Shown piece after piece: positions 45,776 through 52,834 of a DNA stretch of 61,113 nucleotides. Position 1 is the stretch's first letter. Each line of letters starts with the position of its first letter. The stretch spans positions 1 to 61,113 of the IMG/VR virus record IMGVR_UViG_3300038308_000004; one strand, written 5' to 3'. Made by a program: the position numbers and the translations under genes. Source of the DNA: a virus. Its lineage: Duplodnaviria > Caudoviricetes. The notes below the pieces were generated by a model. That model saw only the letters and a list, made by a program, of their open reading frames with translations. It was not told where the DNA came from and ran no database searches.

Positions 45776-45825
45776 TTTGCCTCCTTTTGTGGGGGAGGGC
45801 AGCCCCTCCCCGTCCTTGGTTCTTA

Positions 45826-47202
45826 CTACTTCTCCGGGGCCTTGAGCTCGCCCCGGTAGGCCCTGCTCCCGATCCCCCAGTGGCTCAGGGCCTTCTTCAC
45901 GGCGTCCGTGATCGCCCCCTTCAGGGCGTCGGCGCCGTCCCCGTTGACGCTGCCCCCGACCACCGGCCCCCGGCAGAACCACTCGCCGGAGTCGAGCCGG
46001 ATCGAGAGCTGCAGGAGGACCATGGCACGGTGGGCCTTTCCGCTGTCGCCCGCCTTCTCAATCTGGTGGTCGAGGATCTCGTACCGCCAGGCATCGAGCC
46101 CCAGCCCCTCGTTGACGGCATCCAGGACGTACTGGGCGCCGTAGCCGGTGAATCCCTTCTGGTCAGTCTCGACGGCAACATTGCCGAAGGAGACCAGGAT
46201 CTCGTTGATCCGGGCGATGCGGACCGTCAGAGCCCGCACCGCCGCCCACTTCCGGGCGGATTCGGCGGTTGCGGCCCGGATCTCGGCGGTCTCCCGCCGG
46301 AGCCTCTCTGTCTCGGCCCGGTAGGCATCGAGCTGCTCCGGGGTCCAGGAGTAGGGGTCGGTGGCCTCCCGTTCGGCCCGGATGGCCCTCGCGACCGCCG
46401 CGTCTCGGGCCAGTTGCTCCCGGCCCGCCTCCCGCATTTGCTCCAGGGCGTCCGCCGAAGCCTCATCAGCACATTCCTGGCAGATGAGCCCGCTGCCCTC
46501 GGGGATCTGCGTGGGGATCATCTCGGAGGCGGGCAGAAGCGCCCCGCACTCCATGCAGGGGTCCAGGGGGTCGCCCGGGGTCAAGGGGATCTCCGCCTCA
46601 GTCTGGGGGGCCATGTCGGCCGCGGGATGGGGAGAGTGTGGAACCTCGATCGCTGGGGCGGTATCGCTGGCGGCCTTGGCCTTGCCCCAGCCGAGCTTGC
46701 GGGCCGCCTCCTGGTCGCCGAACATAGCGGCCGCCTCGAGGCTGATCCGGGCCTTCGGGGAGAGGCCGGGGGCCTCCGCCAGCGCGTCCTGGTCCCCGAG
46801 GGTGGGGTCTGCGCTGGTGGGTGCCTCCACACCGAACGCCCCCAGGATGGCCTCCACCATCCGCTCCCTCTCGGGCCGAGGGTCGGAGGGGATATAGGGA
46901 GTAGCCTCCGGGTAGAGGGTGGGGACCAGCCGGGGAGCCTCCGCTGGCGCTGGCGCGGGCTGAAGGCTCGCCTGGACCGCCAGGATGTGCTTGCAGGTCC
47001 AGGAGGGGTCCGTCTCCCGGTGCTGCCGCTGGTCCTGGCAGGAACAGGACCAGCCCATGGTTGCGCCCATCGTTTCATGGCGGACCTGATGGCGCAGGCC
47101 GGGGCGGCTCTCGCTGGTCACGAGCCAGGTTTCGTGGCCGTGGGGCTCTACGGCTAGAGTTTCGGCCTTGGCCGCTCGTGCGGCCCTTTCTGTTTGGGTC
47201 AT
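45826..47202 (-). CDS. SWIM Zn finger plus Rad52/Sak-family ssDNA annealing protein
   Basis: WSCSCQD...CKHILAV at the N-terminus; YVLDAVNE.LG...W...DALKGAITDAVKKALSHWGIG at the C-terminus. Confidence 0.85.
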   Translation of the reverse strand: MTQTERAARAAKAETLAVEPHGHETWLVTSESRPGLRHQVRHETMGATMGWSCSCQDQRQHRETDPSWTCKHILAVQASLQPAPAPAEAPRLVPTLYPEATPYIPSDPRPERERMVEAILGAFGVEAPTSADPTLGDQDALAEAPGLSPKARISLEAAAMFGDQEAARKLGWGKAKAASDTAPAIEVPHSPHPAADMAPQTEAEIPLTPGDPLDPCMECGALLPASEMIPTQIPEGSGLICQECADEASADALEQMREAGREQLARDAAVARAIRAEREATDPYSWTPEQLDAYRAETERLRRETAEIRAATAESARKWAAVRALTVRIARINEILVSFGNVAVETDQKGFTGYGAQYVLDAVNEGLGLDAWRYEILDHQIEKAGDSGKAHRAMVLLQLSIRLDSGEWFCRGPVVGGSVNGDGADALKGAITDAVKKALSHWGIGSRAYRGELKAPEK

Positions 47203-47391
47203 CGCATTTTCTCCTTGCCCTGGAGCCTGCTGGTATGCTCCAGGGCTGATAATTGGTGTGCAGCGCTGATTGTCACCTGGCCTCCTGCCTGCCGCAAACA
47301 GGTGAGGCGGGCCTTTGGTTTTATCCTCTGCGGCCCGGGCTTGCCACCGGCCAGCCGCATTACCCGCCCCGGAGGGCGGTGGCTCTGCGAT

Positions 47392-47520
47392 TTAACCTTG
47401 CACGGCCATACAATTTGGGCACAGGGCCGGACCGCTGGCCGGGTGTACGAGGCAATCATCTCCGCAGACCTCGCAGATCGCCTCGATCTCTTCCTCGTCC
47501 TCCTCTTCGGCTTTCATCAT
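47392..47520 (-). CDS. tiny acidic Zn-ribbon protein
   Basis: MMKAEEEDEEEIEAICEVCG...CPNC; overlaps the stop of a 46-aa upstream ORF (MAPRKNMISEF...). Confidence 0.45.
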   Translation of the reverse strand: MMKAEEEDEEEIEAICEVCGDDCLVHPASGPALCPNCMAVQG

Positions 47521-47676
47521 TTCATAGCGGTTGCGGATTTCCTGGGGGATGCCGGCCCGCTCTGGCGGCCGCTGGGCTGCCAGGCCATCCGCCAGGCTTT
47601 TTCTGCTGCCCTGTCCTGCGCTAAAAATTCCGAGATCATATTTTTTCTTGGTGCCATCTTTCTGTCCCTCCCCTTC

Positions 47677-48075
47677 CCCCCAGCTTTTTCGGGCCTCCCG
47701 GGTCATTCCGGGAGTGGCTTTAATGCTGGGGGGGTGCCCCAGGGGCCGAAGCCCCTTCAAGCCTGCCTTATGGATACACGGGGAGCAGTCTGTCCCCGTT
47801 TCTTCCCCGGTACTCGATCGGGCGGGCCTTGCGCCCGAATCCATTGCATCCGCATCCCCCCCCCCGAGAGTTCAGGGGGCCGCCACAATAACCACAGCGG
47901 CCCCACTTGAAGGGGCAGTCATGGTCCTTCGGGTCATCCCCGAAGGAGGAAAAAATATCCTCCCCAATGTAGCTCCCGCAGTCGATACAATAATAACTTG
48001 TCATTTTTTTCTCTCTCCTTCTTCCCCCAGCTTTTTCGGGCCTCCCGGGGTATTCCGGGAGTGGCTTTAATGCTG
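47677..48075. repeat. 52-bp structured direct repeat (2 copies plus a partial third at 48131-48153)
   Basis: 47677-47728 and 48024-48075 differ only at 2 nt in the hairpin loop. Confidence 0.9.
47768..48004 (-). CDS. small Cys-rich protein
   Basis: CIDC, HDC, CGYC, CGC; AAGGAG RBS just after the repeat. Confidence 0.6.
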   Translation of the reverse strand: MTSYYCIDCGSYIGEDIFSSFGDDPKDHDCPFKWGRCGYCGGPLNSRGGGCGCNGFGRKARPIEYRGRNGDRLLPVYP

Positions 48076-48125
48076 AGGTTACGTTGCCCCGGCCCCCCGC
48101 AGGGGGGGGGCCACAAGCCTATTGG

Positions 48126-48533
48126 TCATTGCGGAAGCGGCTTTAGTGCTGGGGTGATTGTCCCGGGGGCCGTAGCCCCCACAAAGCCGTTAGGAGTGAC
48201 GGCCCGTCCATGGGCCATCCTCCGCCTCATCAAAAGGATCTTCGGGGAGCGGAGCTCCCCCTTTCTTGTGTGCCTTGCAGGCGGGACATCCCGCCCACAC
48301 TTCCACAGCCCCTTCCAGGCCCGCCGGAGCCAGCTCCTCGGGACCTGGACCTCCAGCACCACCACCTGATCCAGGGTGACACCGTGGCGGCGCTGGACAT
48401 GGGCGATGGCCCAGTGGGTTTTGGAGGCCACATGCAACCACACCGCGGCCTCTTTCCCCGTACTCTTGCTCGTCAGCAGCCCCTCGGCCAGGATGCCGGG
48501 GAGGTTGGTGGCGGTCGTGGTATGATGGTACAT
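48126..48533 (-). CDS. ADP-ribosyltransferase-fold protein (Tpt1/KptA/DarT-like, tentative)
   Basis: HTT..NL.GIL.EGL...AVWL...VVLEV...W...VPP pattern. Confidence 0.6.
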   Translation of the reverse strand: MYHHTTTATNLPGILAEGLLTSKSTGKEAAVWLHVASKTHWAIAHVQRRHGVTLDQVVVLEVQVPRSWLRRAWKGLWKCGRDVPPARHTRKGELRSPKILLMRRRMAHGRAVTPNGFVGATAPGTITPALKPLPQ

Positions 48534-48568
48534 GGTGAACTTCCTTTCGTAGGGGGAGTTTTTGGTTG

Positions 48569-48605
48569 AGCCCTCCCTAAGTTGCCGCTTGGGGAGGGCT
48601 TTTTT
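48569..48605 (+). terminator. rho-independent terminator (+ orientation)
   Basis: AGCCCTCCCTAAG-loop-CTTGGGGAGGGCT followed by TTTTT. Confidence 0.7.
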
Positions 48606-48888
48606 ATGGCATTTCGACCTTCGAGGTCTCCTTCGGCAAGGGTCCTACCCTACAGATGCCACCAACCTTCTGCTGCGAGTTTTCGGTCTCGCCTCCTACC
48701 GGCGGGCCTTTTTGCCCGACCCCGGGGACCGCACCATTCTCGGGTCTTGGTCACTTCGCACCTGCTCCGGGCTAGTGCTGGTTCGCCCGCCCCCGTGGGG
48801 GACTCAGATCCGCCTGTCAACCCCCAGGGGGTAGAGGCCCTGCCTTCGCGTGCCCCCTGGGGTCCTGCCGCCTACGCCCATATATAGG

Positions 48889-48905
48889 TGCAACCTCCGG
48901 GCCAA
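48889..48905 (-). promoter_or_regulatory. putative sigma54 (-24/-12) promoter
   Basis: TTGGCCCGGAGGTTGCA on the - strand, with exact GG-N10-GC spacing. Confidence 0.55.
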
Positions 48906-48921
48906 AATATACAGATTTCAT

Positions 48922-49154
48922 AATTTGTGACAAATTTATTTTCTCCAATGTTTTCAAAGGCTTGGCACGTCCTGCCCATTCCCCTAGCCCACATGCCCCT
49001 AAAATATGCGGATATTTTTCTTTCTGATTATCATTTTGGTAGATGGATTGGCACGAATTTTTCAGATCTCCGTAAATGTTTATCAAATAAGGCCTTATCT
49101 GATTATCAAAATGGGAAGAAAATTGATGGAAATGGGCTGATTTTTTCATTTTGG
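48922..49154. promoter_or_regulatory. AT-rich control region: palindrome, IHF-like site, three repeated motifs
   Basis: AATTTGT-G-ACAAATT at 48922-48936; TTTCAAAGGCTTG at 48952-48964; CTGATT-(1-3 nt)-TCA-WWW-TGG motifs at 49024, 49099 and 49137. Confidence 0.5.
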
Positions 49155-49191
49155 CAAGGAGGGGAAGGGGGAAACCCTCTTCGCCCTCCGC

Positions 49192-49437
49192 CTATTTGGG
49201 GTAGATCTCTCGCGTCCGGGGCCGCCCGTTCCGCGTCTTGGGGCGGTCCCAGTAGGGATTGCGGCACTGGGGGCAAGTCGTAGGCCGCGCGAGCCGACTC
49301 CTCCATTCGTGGCCGCACCGCAGACACCGGTGGCGGCGCCTCACCCCTTCCGCCAGATCCGCCACGCAGTCGGGGCAGAGGATCACCACGCGCCCCTGGT
49401 CGGTCTCCATGCCGCAGCAGTTGCAGGTTTCCGTCAT
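49192..49437 (-). CDS. small Zn-ribbon protein
   Basis: CNCC, CPDC, CLRCGHEW...CPQCRNPYW; GGAGGTG RBS. Confidence 0.7.
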   Translation of the reverse strand: MTETCNCCGMETDQGRVVILCPDCVADLAEGVRRRHRCLRCGHEWRSRLARPTTCPQCRNPYWDRPKTRNGRPRTREIYPK

Positions 49438-49511
49438 CGCCGATCACCTCCTCTCCGCTGATTCAGATGCAATTCCTATTCCGCAAGTCGGGAGGGTTCC
49501 GCGCCCGAGGG

Positions 49512-49540
49512 TTGCCGAACGGATATAAATCTGCTATGAT
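49512..49540 (+). promoter_or_regulatory. putative sigma70-type promoter of the packaging/late arm
   Basis: TTGCCG-N17-TATGAT with TG extension. Confidence 0.5.
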
Positions 49541-49562
49541 TTTCTCAAAATGGAGGAAAATA

Positions 49563-49617
49563 ATGACCAATGACAAGCAGCCCTGGCGAAGAGCCCCCGG
49601 ACCAGCTTCTCGCCAAT
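49563..49617 (+). pseudogene. remnant 5' end of the ParB-like gene
   Basis: GGAGG RBS and MTNDKQPWR, then frameshifted GEEPPDQLLAN matching SEESPDQLLAS at 50265-50297. Confidence 0.75.
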
Positions 49618-49654
49618 ATAGCATTCATAGAATGGATATGCTATAATCTGTTCT

Positions 49655-50251
49655 ATGGAAAAGCGATTTTGTCATTATTGCAAACAAGAGAAATCAGTTG
49701 ATTTATTTGTAAGCAATCGAAAGTGTTGGGATTGTGCTCAATGGCGTACATGTTATACTTGTGGCCAGCGTAAGCATATCAAAGAATTTCCACAAGAAAC
49801 GAGTAAGGGCTGCTCAGAATGTCGGCGATCAGGATTAGCTAAACAGAAGAAAGCAGAGCGAGAAGCAAAGCGATATAGAGAGAATACCAAGGATATTTTG
49901 GCACGAAATGAGGCATGGAGAAAAGCTAATATATCACGATGGGAGAGCAAACAAAGAGAATATAGAAATCGCAAACGCATGGAGCAACGAAATCAAGTAT
50001 TAGTCCATTATGGTGGGAAATGTGCATGTTGCGGAGAATCAGAGCCACTTTTTTTAACTATTGATCATATAGATGGAAATGGTGCCCAACATCGCAGAAT
50101 GATAGGGAAGACCGATATGTGGAAATGGTTGTGTCAACAAAATTTCCCTGGTGGTTATCGACTGCTATGTTTCAATTGCAATGCAGGTCGTTATCGTAAT
50201 GGTGGACGATGCCCCCATGAAGATTCCAAATTAAATGAATTGGCAGAATAG
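49655..50251 (+). CDS. HNH endonuclease (free-standing, homing-type)
   Basis: GKCACCGE...LTIDHIDG...LLCFNCN; N-terminal CxxC repeats; AT-rich; TGCTATAAT ends 7 nt before the ATG. Confidence 0.88.
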   Translation: MEKRFCHYCKQEKSVDLFVSNRKCWDCAQWRTCYTCGQRKHIKEFPQETSKGCSECRRSGLAKQKKAEREAKRYRENTKDILARNEAWRKANISRWESKQREYRNRKRMEQRNQVLVHYGGKCACCGESEPLFLTIDHIDGNGAQHRRMIGKTDMWKWLCQQNFPGGYRLLCFNCNAGRYRNGGRCPHEDSKLNELAE

Positions 50252-50795
50252 AATTGTAGGTTATTCAGAAGAATCTCCAGACCAGCTCTTGGCATCCCCT
50301 TGGAATTGGAGGATACATCCAAAAATACAGCAGGACGCATTGAGTGCCATTCTTGAGGATGTCGGCATAGTTCAAAACATTGTCTGCAACCGCACTACGG
50401 GTCATGTCGTGGACGGCCATCTGCGAGTAATGTTGGCTCTGCGGAACAATCAGCCGCTTGTGCCCGTAACCTGGATTGAGGTATCTGAAGCCGAAGAGAA
50501 ACTTATAATATCTTCCCTCGACCCCCTGGCGGCCATGGCTGCTGCTGACAAGGAGCGCCTGGATGCGTTGCTGCGGGAGATCCCGCCGGTGGACGCGCGG
50601 CTTCAGGAGATGCTGGCGGAATTGGCAAAGAAAGAGGGCCTTTATTTGGATGAGTCGGACGGTACCGATACCATGGCTGCCGTTATCCCACAACAATATA
50701 TCATCATGATTGAATGCGCCGGCGAGGCGGAGCAATCTACTCTTCTGGAACGGCTCTTGTCCGAGGGGATCCAATGCAAAGCGTTGATATCATAA
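50235..50795 (+). CDS. ParB-like N-terminal domain protein
   Basis: NWRIHP...VG.VQ.I..N..TGHVVDGHLR. Confidence 0.8.
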   Translation: MNWQNRIVGYSEESPDQLLASPWNWRIHPKIQQDALSAILEDVGIVQNIVCNRTTGHVVDGHLRVMLALRNNQPLVPVTWIEVSEAEEKLIISSLDPLAAMAAADKERLDALLREIPPVDARLQEMLAELAKKEGLYLDESDGTDTMAAVIPQQYIIMIECAGEAEQSTLLERLLSEGIQCKALIS

Positions 50796-51961
50796 GAAGC
50801 TCCTCAATTCAACGGACTCCGCAGGTCGCCCAAGTTGAGGGCATCTTCGATATTCCTCCCTCGGCTCGCTCGGAGGAGCGATGGACGGTCAATCTGGATC
50901 TGCCCGAAAAATGGAACGTGGGCGCGATCGTGGGACCATCCGGGAGCGGAAAAACGACGATTGCTCGCGAACTCTTCGGGGTCAATCTTATCTCCGGCTG
51001 GTCCTGGCCGGAGGATAAGAGCATCTTGGACGGCTTTCCCTCGGCAATGAGCATCAGAGAGATCGTAGACCTCCTCTCTTCCGTGGGATTCTCCTCTCCC
51101 CCCTCCTGGGTCCGCCCCTTCCGTGTGCTCTCCAACGGCGAGCAGTTCCGTGTAAACCTTGCTCGCACCTTGGCCGAGATGCCCGCCCTTGCCGTGATTG
51201 ATGAATTTACCAGTGTCGTGGATCGTACAGTGGCGCAGATTGGGAGTGCGGCGCTGGCCAAGACAGTCCGCCGAAGGGGCCAACGTTTCATTGCTATCAC
51301 TTGTCACTATGACGTGATTAGTTGGCTGGAACCCGAATGGGTTTATCAGCCGCATGTGAATCAACTTGATCGGGGGCGTCTTTGGTGCAGACCGAAAATC
51401 ACATTGGAGATTCGCCGGGTGCATCGTAGTGCTTGGGGAATGTTCCGCAAGCATCACTATTTAGATACCAAACTTCATCCGGCCGCCGTTTGCTTCGTGG
51501 CTTTCTGGGAGGGTGTCCCGGTGGCGTTTGCTTCTGTTTTGCATTTTCCCCATCCCAAAGCTCCCAACGTGAAGCGGGAGCATCGAACGGTCTGCTTGCC
51601 GGACTTTCAGGGTGTGGGAATCGGCAATGCTGTGAGCGACTTGGTTGGTTCACTCTGCCGTGGACTTGGTTGCCGCTATGTCTCGATCACTTCTCATCCA
51701 GCCATGATCCAGACTCGCAATCGTTCTCAGAACTGGCGGATGTATTCGAGACCAACTCATCAAGGCAAGACGCTCCCCAATGCCCCAAGAGGATTCGCAG
51801 TTTCGATGAAGAATGGCGGAAGCAGTGGTTGTAGCAAAGGTCACTCCATGCGTCTGCGAGCAAGCTTTGAATATGTGGGTCCCGCGATGGATCAAGTTTT
51901 GGCGAGAGCGCTATGGAGCGGTGCTGAGATTCCGACTGCAGCACTCCAAGCACCTTCCTAA
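50774..51961 (+). CDS. ABC-type ATPase fused to a GNAT-like acetyltransferase
   Basis: GPSGSGKT, LSNGE, IDEF, CH; C-terminal KHHYL...RTVCLPDFQGVGIG. Confidence 0.88.
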   Translation: MQSVDIIRSSSIQRTPQVAQVEGIFDIPPSARSEERWTVNLDLPEKWNVGAIVGPSGSGKTTIARELFGVNLISGWSWPEDKSILDGFPSAMSIREIVDLLSSVGFSSPPSWVRPFRVLSNGEQFRVNLARTLAEMPALAVIDEFTSVVDRTVAQIGSAALAKTVRRRGQRFIAITCHYDVISWLEPEWVYQPHVNQLDRGRLWCRPKITLEIRRVHRSAWGMFRKHHYLDTKLHPAAVCFVAFWEGVPVAFASVLHFPHPKAPNVKREHRTVCLPDFQGVGIGNAVSDLVGSLCRGLGCRYVSITSHPAMIQTRNRSQNWRMYSRPTHQGKTLPNAPRGFAVSMKNGGSSGCSKGHSMRLRASFEYVGPAMDQVLARALWSGAEIPTAALQAPS

Positions 51962-51973
51962 CAGGGACTTTCC

Positions 51974-52537
51974 ATGAAACAACGCGGTGGCCCGCCCAAA
52001 ATTCAAAGCAAATCCGAAAAAGAAGAGCGCCTAGCTCTGGTCTGGCGGCTCTGGAACCGGGGCCGGACGCAGTTCGAGATCGCCAAAGAGGTCGGTATCA
52101 GCGATCGTCAGGTTAGATATGACCTGAAAACTTTGGAGATTCGCTGGCGCCAGGAATCCAGCGCCGGCATCGCCGCCCACAAAGAGCGCCAGCTCGCCCG
52201 CAACGAGGAGATCTTCCGTGAGAACTGGTCCGCGTGGCTCCGCAGCCTGGAGGAGAAGCTCACCACCGCGACCGAGCAGAGCGACGACTCCGGCGGCAAG
52301 GGCCACAAGAAGGCCAGTCTCAAGCGCGAGCAGAAGGAGGGCAATCCTGCCTTCCTCGCAGGGGCCGCCGCTGCCATAGAGCGCCACTGCAAGATCCTGG
52401 GCATCCCCATGACCACCTTGAGCCTCGCCAACCTCCCTACGGAGGAGCTGATTCGCCTTGCGCAGACCGTCTTTGGCGCCGTCCCCGGAGCTGAATCAGG
52501 CACTCCAGGCCAACTTGCCCTGCCGGAGGAGGATTGA
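51974..52537 (+). CDS. putative terminase small subunit (HTH)
   Basis: TQFEIAKEVGISDRQVRYDL; GNPAFL; upstream of terL. Confidence 0.65.
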   Translation: MKQRGGPPKIQSKSEKEERLALVWRLWNRGRTQFEIAKEVGISDRQVRYDLKTLEIRWRQESSAGIAAHKERQLARNEEIFRENWSAWLRSLEEKLTTATEQSDDSGGKGHKKASLKREQKEGNPAFLAGAAAAIERHCKILGIPMTTLSLANLPTEELIRLAQTVFGAVPGAESGTPGQLALPEED

Positions 52538-52538
52538 A

Positions 52539-52826
52539 ATGTCCTGGAATTATCGCGTGATCAGGCAGGATGAGGGTGGAGGTGAGTATAATTATGAGAT
52601 TCATGAGGTCTACTATAATGATGACGGCTCTATCTGGGCCATCGCGGAATCGGCTTCATATCCCGGCGGAGATAGCGTGGAGGAGTTGCAGAAGGATTAC
52701 GAGATGATGCGAGAAGCCTTCAATCTCCCGGCTCTTGATGCCAACATGGAGCTGGCTGAGCCGATGGGGCCTCCACTGAGGCCAGATCCTTATGTCAGCA
52801 GCGATCCACTTAGAGTCAAGGATTAG
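52539..52826 (+). CDS. conserved hypothetical protein
   Basis: MSWNYRVI...IHEVYY; GGAGGAGG RBS. Confidence 0.7.
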   Translation: MSWNYRVIRQDEGGGEYNYEIHEVYYNDDGSIWAIAESASYPGGDSVEELQKDYEMMREAFNLPALDANMELAEPMGPPLRPDPYVSSDPLRVKD

Positions 52827-52834
52827 CCCCATCC

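Noticed and set aside
45776-45982. N-terminal extension of the helicase given by the ORF track
   Set aside because: Overlaps the Rad52-like gene; a strong AAGGAGG precedes ATG 45775
47677-48075. Known self-cleaving ribozyme (hammerhead or twister)
   Set aside because: Core consensus such as CUGANGA/GAAA or the twister pseudoknot pairings could not be found by eye; kept only as an unknown structured repeat
48963-49065. Two + strand TGGCACG motifs as sigma54 promoters
   Set aside because: Neither has GC at the -12 position with correct spacing (48963 and 49049)
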